IMG/VR virus record: IMGVR_UViG_3300048020_000241
Direction: 5' to 3' (one strand)
DNA length: 20,000 bases
Origin: an uncultured virus (IMG/VR IMGVR_UViG_3300048020_000241)
Taxonomy: Duplodnaviria > Heunggongvirae > Uroviricota > Caudoviricetes
Shown: positions 8,650 through 15,232 of the stretch, piece after piece
How the letters are laid out: each line of letters opens with the position of its first letter
How positions within the stretch are numbered: the first letter of the stretch is position 1
Translations under genes and position numbers: made by a program
Notes under the pieces: model-generated
Told to the model about the DNA's origin: nothing
Database searches by the model: none
Seen by the model: the letters and a program-made list of their open reading frames with translations, nothing else

Positions 8650-9469
8650 AAAGTTAATTGAAATAAAAAACAAAATTACTGAGATGGTCAATAAAGGTGA
8701 ACACGTAGATAAAGTAATTGAGAAAACAACTTTATATTTAAGCACGAAGGAAAAAATAGAACTAAAATTGCTATTTGAAGATGCCATGCGAACACATCGA
8801 TTAAACGCAGAAAATTGGACGCAAACAGATTTAATATTTCCATTAAGTGAGATATTGAAATCCAGATTGTTTGTATATCCAGAGTCAAGTGAACAATACT
8901 ATGGATATGAACCAAGTCCACTTGAACAAAAAATACAAAGATGGAAAGAGTTGGAAAATGAAGAAGGTGGTTTGTACGCATTAATTTACAATGACATAGA
9001 AAAACGAAATAAAGCAATTTATGATTTAGCAGACAAAGTAGCAAGAAATAATCAATCCAATATTGACTTGGGAATTTTTATAAGTGAACTAGATAAGCAT
9101 ATTACAAGATACTCAAGTGATATAGATTTAATGTCAGGTTTACATCTTCGTTATAGTATTCCACAAAAAAATATATTAGTGTGGGATACTTTAACTTGTG
9201 CTGAAAATATAGGAGGAACAAATTCGCAAACTTTTGGTAGATACAAAATCTCTTGTAAGTTTCAATGGGAAATTCTCAATAGAACTCCTGAACCAGAGGT
9301 AGGTTATCTTCAAATAGAAGAAAACGATGATGTCAAAAATTTAAGTGATTCGTTTAGTCCTATTTTTGTGGAAATGGTGGAAAACTTTTATGATCTTGAT
9401 AAAAAATTAGATTTACTATATAATATACTTAATGATATTAGACAAACAAACGATAGAGTCACAGACTGA
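8642..9469 (+). CDS. Hypothetical protein, 275 aa (start revised to ATG 8642)
   Basis: Long ORF; ATG at 8642 gives an 8-bp overlap like other genes here. Confidence 0.75.
   Translation: MNKKLIEIKNKITEMVNKGEHVDKVIEKTTLYLSTKEKIELKLLFEDAMRTHRLNAENWTQTDLIFPLSEILKSRLFVYPESSEQYYGYEPSPLEQKIQRWKELENEEGGLYALIYNDIEKRNKAIYDLADKVARNNQSNIDLGIFISELDKHITRYSSDIDLMSGLHLRYSIPQKNILVWDTLTCAENIGGTNSQTFGRYKISCKFQWEILNRTPEPEVGYLQIEENDDVKNLSDSFSPIFVEMVENFYDLDKKLDLLYNILNDIRQTNDRVTD
9396..9424 (+). promoter_or_regulatory. Sigma70 promoter for ispB, probably leaderless
   Basis: TTGATA(9396-9401)-17 bp-TATAAT(9419-9424); ATG at 9432. Confidence 0.6.
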
Positions 9470-10442
9470 ATATTTTCTATCAGAATTTGAAAGATTACTT
9501 GTTTGTGAAATAGAATCTTTAGACAAACGAGTTCAGTATCTTGTAGACTTCGTATTAAAAAATAAAGGAAAACGACTTAGACCTTTGTTGGTTCATAGTT
9601 GTTGTGATATTAAAACCAAGCATACATTTGATGATGCAATAAAAGCAAGTATTATTGTTGAACTAATTCACATCGCAACATTGATTCACGATGATGTAAT
9701 TGATAACGCAAATGTTCGTAGAAATCAAGCAACACTTCACAGCATCACTAAAGCAAATGAAGCAATTTTGGTAGGAGACATTTTATTTTCACACGCACTT
9801 GAAATGGCATCTTCGTTTCCTGATACAATGGTATGTCGTGAAGTAGCATCGGCAGTTAAGTTGACCTGCATGGGTGAAGTAAGTCAATCATTTGCTCAAT
9901 GCAACTATGACACTACACTTGAAGAATACGAAGATATTCTGATTGGTAAAACAGGTAAACTATTTGCGTGTGCGTGTCGGTTGGGAGCAAGATTAAGTAA
10001 TCAAAAAATAAATGTCGTTGGAAGTGTAGAACGATTCGCAGAAAATCTCGGACTTGCTTATCAATTATACGATGACACAGTTGATGTATTTGGTTCAGAA
10101 AGTAATGCTCATAAAACATTAAAGACCGATTTGAAAACAGGTAAAGTAACATTGCCTGTTATATTACTTTTGCAAAGTTGTTGCGAAGAAGAAAGAAAAC
10201 CAATCATAGATTTATTTCAAAATTATGATGTGTGCAATATAGGTGACTTTGACGATAATGCAAATAAACTTAATGAACTATTTGAAGCATATTCTATCAA
10301 ACAAAAATGTTGCGACATCATTGCGAACAAAATAAACGAAATCAAAAACTGTATTGCTAACATTAGTTATTTACCAATATCAGATAGAATGAAATCTATA
10401 TCAGAAAATGTTTGCAATAAAATCCAAAACACTATAGTATAA
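9432..10442 (+). CDS. ispB: Long-chain polyprenyl diphosphate synthase (octaprenyl/heptaprenyl-type)
   Basis: 'GKRLRP', first Asp-rich motif 'LIHDDVID...RR', 'GE..Q', 'KTG.LF', second Asp-rich motif 'YQLYDDTVD', and 'GKVTLP'. Ala at -5 of the first motif indicates long-chain products. Confidence 0.9.
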   Translation: MILDKQTIESQTEYFLSEFERLLVCEIESLDKRVQYLVDFVLKNKGKRLRPLLVHSCCDIKTKHTFDDAIKASIIVELIHIATLIHDDVIDNANVRRNQATLHSITKANEAILVGDILFSHALEMASSFPDTMVCREVASAVKLTCMGEVSQSFAQCNYDTTLEEYEDILIGKTGKLFACACRLGARLSNQKINVVGSVERFAENLGLAYQLYDDTVDVFGSESNAHKTLKTDLKTGKVTLPVILLLQSCCEEERKPIIDLFQNYDVCNIGDFDDNANKLNELFEAYSIKQKCCDIIANKINEIKNCIANISYLPISDRMKSISENVCNKIQNTIV

Positions 10443-10449
10443 TATTATT

Positions 10450-10881
10450 ATGACAACAGGAACTATTAAAACAAATGCTGGCTCAATGAAGATTGAGTTT
10501 TATGATAACGATGCACCTAACACAGTGAAGAACTTTTGTGATTTGGCAAATAAAGGATTTTATGAAGGATTGAATTTTCATAGAGTGATACCTGGATTTG
10601 TGGCACAGGGTGGTTGTCCAGACGGAACTGGTGCAGGTGGACCGGGTTATACAATTGATTGTGAAACGCAAGGTGGTAATCAATATCACGATAAAGGAGT
10701 ATTGAGCATGGCACACGCAGGACCTAACACAGGAGGTTCTCAATTCTTTTTAGTCCACACTCGTCAAGCAACGCAACATCTTGATGGTGGTCACACCTGC
10801 TTTGGTAAGGTTACAGTGGGTTTAGAAGTTATTGATCAAATTCGTCAAGGTGATACTTTTAGTGTAACCATAGACGAATAA
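10450..10881 (+). CDS. Cyclophilin-type peptidyl-prolyl cis-trans isomerase
   Basis: 'FYEGLNFHRVIPGFVAQGG', 'GVLSMAHAGPNTGGSQFF' and 'HLDGGHTCFGKV'. Confidence 0.95.
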   Translation: MTTGTIKTNAGSMKIEFYDNDAPNTVKNFCDLANKGFYEGLNFHRVIPGFVAQGGCPDGTGAGGPGYTIDCETQGGNQYHDKGVLSMAHAGPNTGGSQFFLVHTRQATQHLDGGHTCFGKVTVGLEVIDQIRQGDTFSVTIDE

Positions 10882-10976
10882 TGTTGCACGAAGCATTTTG
10901 GTATATAGGAATTGCTTTTACTTTTCTTATATTTTTGGTAGCAATTCTTCATTATTTTGATGATGAAGATGAATGA
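10881..10976 (+). CDS. Single-TM micropeptide with acidic tail, 31 aa (not in ORF track)
   Basis: MLHEAFWYIGIAFTFLIFLVAILHYFDDEDE*. TAATG coupling to the cyclophilin gene. Confidence 0.55.
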   Translation: MLHEAFWYIGIAFTFLIFLVAILHYFDDEDE

Positions 10977-10994
10977 TTTTTTTTGAACTTTATA

Positions 10995-11003
10995 TATATT
11001 TAT
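10995..11003 (+). promoter_or_regulatory. Putative phage late-promoter motif TATATTTAT
   Basis: TATATTTAT-N4-ATG; the same motif and spacing occur at 12002-12010; no obvious TTGACA box upstream. Confidence 0.45.
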
Positions 11004-11007
11004 CGTT

Positions 11008-11304
11008 ATGGATATAAATGAACAATTCAAATCACTAATGGAAAATTCCACGGAAATCAATGAAGCAGAAGAGGTTGACATCAACTATATGGAAAGAAAA
11101 CCTCGTCTTTCTATTAAATATTGGGAAAAACTTTTCAAAGGAAAAGCAGAAACTGCGTTTGATGGAATTCATGGGTATATAGTTTTCATAAAAGTATCTG
11201 CAATACAAAAAAGACATGAGTCCACAACATTTGAATACTTGACAAAAGGTCCTGAGTATCGTTGGATTGAATTTGATGTCAGACACATTAAGATTGGATT
11301 CTAA
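11008..11304 (+). CDS. Putative virion-internal protein, 98 aa
   Basis: Acidic leader with 'INE', 'LME', 'INE' sites followed by a compact domain. Confidence 0.7.
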   Translation: MDINEQFKSLMENSTEINEAEEVDINYMERKPRLSIKYWEKLFKGKAETAFDGIHGYIVFIKVSAIQKRHESTTFEYLTKGPEYRWIEFDVRHIKIGF

Positions 11305-11636
11305 TGAATAAAACACAATTAAAGCAAGTTATAGAAGAAGAGTTCCAAAAACTTCTTAAAGAATACAAATACGAATTGTATCATAAGTCTTTTACTGCGG
11401 CTGCTCAAGAAGCACGTAAAGTTGCAGAAAAGAAAGGATTTGAAATAGACGAAGAAAATTGGACAACTGAAGTTGCATTTGGTGGAAAGTATAAACGAGC
11501 AAGACCAAGTGTTGGAAAAAGTAATTCATTTACTGTCGCATTAATCAAGAACGGAAAACCACAACGCAAGCATTTACACTTTCAGGTATACGGAATGGAA
11601 AGTGGAAACTTTGAATTAAACGCATACGTTTCTTAA
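11304..11636 (+). CDS. Putative virion-internal protein with MNKTQLKQVIEEE tag, 110 aa
   Basis: TAATG coupling; tag followed by 'LLKE' and a domain ending 'FQVYGMESGNFELNAYVS'. Confidence 0.75.
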   Translation: MNKTQLKQVIEEEFQKLLKEYKYELYHKSFTAAAQEARKVAEKKGFEIDEENWTTEVAFGGKYKRARPSVGKSNSFTVALIKNGKPQRKHLHFQVYGMESGNFELNAYVS

Positions 11637-11851
11637 TGTCTAAACGATGCAAAGCAAGAAATCAAGTAATTGCTGAACTTGATTTTATTGAAGGACTTAC
11701 TCACAATCTTCGTGAAGTAGTAGATAATGCAGATTGGCCAAAAGAAGTTTGGGAAGCAAAAGCAAAAGTATTAAAAGACGTTCAGAATACAATCGTAGAC
11801 TTTTTAAAAGATATTGACGAAGAAAACGAAAAAAAAAATAAAAAAAGTTGA
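11636..11851 (+). CDS. Hypothetical protein, 71 aa
   Basis: TAATG coupling. Confidence 0.7.
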   Translation: MSKRCKARNQVIAELDFIEGLTHNLREVVDNADWPKEVWEAKAKVLKDVQNTIVDFLKDIDEENEKKNKKS

Positions 11852-11875
11852 CTTTTTTTGAAATAAAGTCATAAT
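11848..11875 (+). promoter_or_regulatory. Sigma70-type promoter
   Basis: A-tract UP element, then TTGACT(11848-11853)-16 bp-CATAAT(11870-11875). Confidence 0.5.
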
Positions 11876-11879
11876 ATAC

Positions 11880-11953
11880 ATATATATATCTTATATATCA
11901 CCATCATCTCCCAGAGTTGCCATTGAAATTCGTTTTAGTGGCAACTCTTTTTT
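11880..11953 (+). ncRNA. Candidate ~75-nt small RNA
   Basis: Lies between the promoter at 11848 and the terminator at 11913-11953; contains no ATG-initiated ORF. Confidence 0.35.
11913..11953 (+). terminator. Rho-independent terminator
   Basis: AGAGTTGCCATTGAAA-TTCG-TTTTAGTGGCAACTCT: a 16-bp stem with two G-U pairs and a UUCG loop, followed by a T-run. Confidence 0.85.
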
Positions 11954-12001
11954 ATAAACAAAATTAGTGTTAAATGTATTGATAATTTGTTTATATTCAT
12001 A

Positions 12002-12010
12002 TATATTTAT
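12002..12010 (+). promoter_or_regulatory. Putative phage late-promoter motif TATATTTAT
   Basis: TATATTTAT-N4-ATG(12015). Confidence 0.45.
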
Positions 12011-12014
12011 TGGT

Positions 12015-12509
12015 ATGAATAAAAGTAAACTGGTTGAAATAATTCGTGGTATTGTCGCAGAAGAATGGGACAAAGATGTTGAAGTAAAATCAACAGGTGA
12101 ACACGCAGACAAAACCATAACACAAATCAAAAAAGAAATGGAAGCATTGAAAGGCAAAAAACCTTTTAATCGTGAACAATTTTCAGAACTAATGTTTGCT
12201 CTTCGTGCAAAGCAAGGATGGAAAAAAGGCAAAGGTGCAACAGGAACAACAGAAGGTATTACAATGAAGAAATCAGAATTAAAAGAACTCGTCAAAGAAG
12301 AACTCAATAAAATTCAAGAAAACAAAGCATTAAGTGTTGAAGATGCATACTATAAGTTTTCTGATGGAGTGTATGGTTTGTTAAATATGGAACATGAAAA
12401 TGGTGGATACGATAACGATAAGTTCATTAAAAAGACGTTTCGTTCTGCAAAAAAATTGTTGATGGACTTAGAAATGCATCTAAATAAAAACTACGAAGGG
12501 TGGGAGTAA
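12015..12509 (+). CDS. Putative virion-internal polyprotein, 164 aa (start revised to ATG 12015), carrying two tag motifs
   Basis: N-terminus MNKSKLVEIIRGIVAEE; internal MKKSELKELVKEELNKIQE (ATG 12264); C-terminal module ending HLNKNYEGWE. Confidence 0.75.
   Translation: MNKSKLVEIIRGIVAEEWDKDVEVKSTGEHADKTITQIKKEMEALKGKKPFNREQFSELMFALRAKQGWKKGKGATGTTEGITMKKSELKELVKEELNKIQENKALSVEDAYYKFSDGVYGLLNMEHENGGYDNDKFIKKTFRSAKKLLMDLEMHLNKNYEGWE
12264..12283 (+). repeat. 20-bp exact repeat encoding MKKSELK (second copy at 13561-13580)
   Basis: ATGAAGAAATCAGAATTAAA at both positions. Confidence 0.85.
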
Positions 12510-13561
12510 TGAAAAAATCGGATATTAAACAAGTGATAAGAACAGAACTTTCTGAACTTTTATCAGAAAACACAAACTCGTTAAATCAAGCATATGTGGT
12601 TTACACAAAAGCATTAAAGTCATTTGAACAAAATGCAAATGAATTAAAAGACAAAGTAATGCTCAAAATCTATAAAGAGTTTGATAAACTTCATTTGAAA
12701 ATTACTCAACATCTTGATGCTAATTATGAAGGATCACTTGATGAATCGTATGCGGATACAATGCAAGCAAATTTACCAAGAGCATCATTTGCCGAACTTG
12801 ATGAAGCAGGTGATGCGTTAAAGTCTTTGTTAAAGAATACGAGAAATGATCGTGAATTGCTTAAATTATACAAAGCACACATAAAATTGACTAAAGTATT
12901 TCAAAAGCATTTGGACAAAAATTATCCTGATTGGGATAAACGAATGGAAGAAGATGTCAAAACTATTAATGTACGACATAAAACAACCAAAAAAAAGTTG
13001 GATATTCCGGATGACCCAGATACCATTAAAAAGTATAAGAAGTTGGGGTATACATTGTGGATTGGTTCCCGAGGAAAAAATGAATCGGTGGATGAAAGAA
13101 CGATTCAAGAACACGATAAAGCAAAAGTGTTGCAAGCAATGCTGAAAGCAGGATCAAACAAAGCAGAAGCACACGCACTTCTTAAAAAGCATTATGCGTA
13201 TGTTGATAAAAAGTATCGTGATGTTCCTGCAAGCAAAAAAGCAGAAATCATTGTAACACTTGCGGGTACTACATCCGAAGCAAAAATAAACGAAAGATCA
13301 GAATCATACCGTGAAGCAGAATTAAAAAAGGTTGCACAATTTACTGATCGCAATCAACATTTGGAAGCAAGGCATTTTGTTGCAAGAAAAGGTGGTTATG
13401 AAAAACACCGTAAAGCATATCTTGCTTTAATTGATTTACAAGATGCGTTGGGTCACACACCAAGAGGAGCAGATCAGGTTCGTTCAGATTTAGACAAAGA
13501 CCTTAAAAAGTATTTATCAAAAGATGTTGATAATTGGGAAGAAGTTTGGGGAAATCTTTAA
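12509..13561 (+). CDS. Putative virion-internal polyprotein, 350 aa (start revised to ATG 12509)
   Basis: TAATG coupling; tag MKKSDIKQVIRTELSELLSE; about five modules separated by LDE, MEE, IQE and INE junctions. Confidence 0.75.
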   Translation: MKKSDIKQVIRTELSELLSENTNSLNQAYVVYTKALKSFEQNANELKDKVMLKIYKEFDKLHLKITQHLDANYEGSLDESYADTMQANLPRASFAELDEAGDALKSLLKNTRNDRELLKLYKAHIKLTKVFQKHLDKNYPDWDKRMEEDVKTINVRHKTTKKKLDIPDDPDTIKKYKKLGYTLWIGSRGKNESVDERTIQEHDKAKVLQAMLKAGSNKAEAHALLKKHYAYVDKKYRDVPASKKAEIIVTLAGTTSEAKINERSESYREAELKKVAQFTDRNQHLEARHFVARKGGYEKHRKAYLALIDLQDALGHTPRGADQVRSDLDKDLKKYLSKDVDNWEEVWGNL

Positions 13562-13908
13562 TGAAGAAATCAGAATTAAAGCAAATGATCCGTGAAATTC
13601 TTGAAGAAGATTTGCGTAACTGGTTTAAAAAGAAATGGGTCAACATTGGTAAAAAAGACAAAGATGGAAAACATCCTCCGTGTGGTACAAGTGGAGACAA
13701 ACGAGGATATGCTAAATGCGTTCCTCAAGCAACTGCCAACAAAATGACCGACAAAGAAAAAGAAAGTGCAACTCGCAGAAAACGGTCTGCCCAAAATGAT
13801 GCAAATCGTGGTGGAAGAGAATCAGCAGGTCAAGGAAAGAAACCAATTAATGTCAGCACTTACACAAAACGAAGTGGAAAAAAAAGTGGAACAGGCAAAG
13901 GATCATGA
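13561..13908 (+). CDS. Basic protein with MKKSELKQMIREILEE tag, 115 aa (DUF5872-like; start revised to ATG 13561)
   Basis: TAATG coupling; 'DLRNWFKKKWVNIG...PPCG...YAKCVP' module recalled from large phages. Confidence 0.7.
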   Translation: MKKSELKQMIREILEEDLRNWFKKKWVNIGKKDKDGKHPPCGTSGDKRGYAKCVPQATANKMTDKEKESATRRKRSAQNDANRGGRESAGQGKKPINVSTYTKRSGKKSGTGKGS

Positions 13909-14243
13909 ACGAAGAGTGGAGCAACGACTACAAAAAGAAAATAGATTGTAGTAATCCCAAAGGATTTAGTCAAAAAGCACATTGTGCAGGTCGTAAAAAA
14001 CGACAAGCAGGAAAACAAACCAAATCAAAACCTGTGAAAGAATTTATGGAAAAGAAAACAATAGAAGAAAGATTACAATTATTTTTAGAAAAGAACGTTC
14101 CCACTTCTCCAAGCAAGTGGTCATATTGGGTAGGCCAAGCAAAAAAGAAATTTGATGTTTATCCTTCAGCCTACGCAAACGGATGGGCAGCCAAGATGTA
14201 TAAAGATGCAGGCGGTAAGTGGAAAACTGAAAAGAAGAAGTGA
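13905..14243 (+). CDS. Basic two-module phage protein, 112 aa
   Basis: Modules 'WSNDYKKKIDCSNPKGFSQKAHCAGRKK' and 'AKKKFDVYPSAYANGWAAKMYKDAGGKW', both recalled from T4-like aquatic phages, each preceded by an E junction (MNE, FLE). Confidence 0.75.
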   Translation: MNEEWSNDYKKKIDCSNPKGFSQKAHCAGRKKRQAGKQTKSKPVKEFMEKKTIEERLQLFLEKNVPTSPSKWSYWVGQAKKKFDVYPSAYANGWAAKMYKDAGGKWKTEKKK

Positions 14244-14431
14244 AGAAACTTTGGCTCATTTGGGCAAGAACCGTTGATCATCGTGTCGGTAAAACTGATG
14301 ATGACGAACCAGATATTCCTATATTAACTCAGAAGCAAGCAAGAGTTAGTTTAATGCTTCGGACATTCATTATTTTGTTGAATGTTATCACTTGTTTCTT
14401 TATAATTGCTAATGCAATAAGACATTGGTAA
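14240..14431 (+). CDS. Small phage membrane protein, 63 aa
   Basis: GTGA overlap; 'IWAR...GKTD...RTFIILLNVITCFFIIANAIRHW' family pattern with a C-terminal TM helix. Confidence 0.7.
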   Translation: MKKLWLIWARTVDHRVGKTDDDEPDIPILTQKQARVSLMLRTFIILLNVITCFFIIANAIRHW

Positions 14432-14838
14432 TGACAGACGAAGAAAAAAAGATTCCTGATAATGTAGTTCCACATCCGAATGCACTTCCGTATGCAAGTG
14501 ATTTGGCTGCACCTGTAATTAAACCTGATCACTCGTTAACCGGTTGGAAACACGGAGCAGTTCATTCAGCAAACAAACATTATACAGACAAATTTGATGC
14601 TCTTAAAAAGCAATTTGAAGAACTTGCGGAAGATTTCAAATGGAATGATATTATGTTCAACGCAGAGTTTCGTTTGAAACCTGTTATAGGCAATGAGTAT
14701 CATTTATACACCAAGAGCAATGCAACACATAAGCATACTATTTCATTGTTTGCTCCTAATGAACGAATAGGTGGATACGACAATTATGTAGGAACATTTC
14801 GTTTGAACTACGATAATCGTTGGGAAAAGATAAAATAA
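14431..14838 (+). CDS. DUF2452-like protein, 135 aa (start revised to ATG 14431)
   Basis: TAATG coupling; 'LPYASDLAAPVI...AEFRLKPVIGNEYHLY...SLFAPNE...GTFRLNYDNRW'. Confidence 0.7.
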   Translation: MTDEEKKIPDNVVPHPNALPYASDLAAPVIKPDHSLTGWKHGAVHSANKHYTDKFDALKKQFEELAEDFKWNDIMFNAEFRLKPVIGNEYHLYTKSNATHKHTISLFAPNERIGGYDNYVGTFRLNYDNRWEKIK

Positions 14839-14870
14839 GACTTGACTTTTTATAAGATTTTTGGTAGTAT
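14832..14870 (+). promoter_or_regulatory. Repeated sigma70-type promoter element P3
   Basis: AAAATAAGAC-TTGACT(14842-14847)-TTTTATAAGATTTTTGG-TAGTAT(14865-14870). Confidence 0.8.
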
Positions 14871-14879
14871 ATAAACATA

Positions 14880-14993
14880 ATGAGAGATACAAATACTACT
14901 ATAAAACCAAAAGTAAAATTAACCGAGAGAGAAAAAATCATTTTCTATTTCAAGTTCGGACCTGGTAGGTTCAAGCAAGTGTTTAATGCCTAA
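14880..14993 (+). CDS. Small hypothetical protein, 37 aa (not in ORF track)
   Basis: MRDTNTTIKPKVKLTEREKIIFYFKFGPGRFKQVFNA*, directly downstream of P3. Confidence 0.45.
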   Translation: MRDTNTTIKPKVKLTEREKIIFYFKFGPGRFKQVFNA

Positions 14994-15005
14994 TCAACTA
15001 TTATT

Positions 15006-15218
15006 ATGGAAAACATCAAAGAATTTATTGAATACTGCAAAGATTTCTATTTCGGTAGCAAAGCAGTTTATCCTTTACAAAATGTATCGCATCTTGATTT
15101 CGTTTATGCGTGTAATTTAGTCGCACGAAGAACAGATATAGAGTTCGCAGCCGATTCTATTGATCGTGAACGAGTTCGTGATATTCTTGAATCAGTAGGA
15201 TTCAAGCAAGTAAACTAA
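15006..15218 (+). CDS. Conserved phage hypothetical protein, 70 aa
   Basis: 'EFIEYCKDFY...YPL...FAADSIDRERVRDI' motif recalled from T4-like phages. Confidence 0.75.
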   Translation: MENIKEFIEYCKDFYFGSKAVYPLQNVSHLDFVYACNLVARRTDIEFAADSIDRERVRDILESVGFKQVN

Positions 15219-15232
15219 TTTACATACACTAT

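Noticed and set aside
11876..11898. (TA)n microsatellite-like runs (also 7255-7264, 10991-10999)
   Set aside because: Short AT-rich runs, better explained as promoter or 5' sequence than as tandem repeat loci.
594..14941. Numerous minus-strand ORFs in the track (e.g. 873-1253, 3643-4041, 6425-6799, 11891-12307), also 19145-19615
   Set aside because: They are antisense shadows of well-supported + strand genes, with no motifs or promoters.
14965..15212. GTAGG(A)TTCAAGCAAGT near the ends of both ORF 14880 and ORF 15006 (RFKQV / GFKQV)
   Set aside because: Only ~12 bp match exactly and there is no further similarity; it cannot be distinguished from chance.
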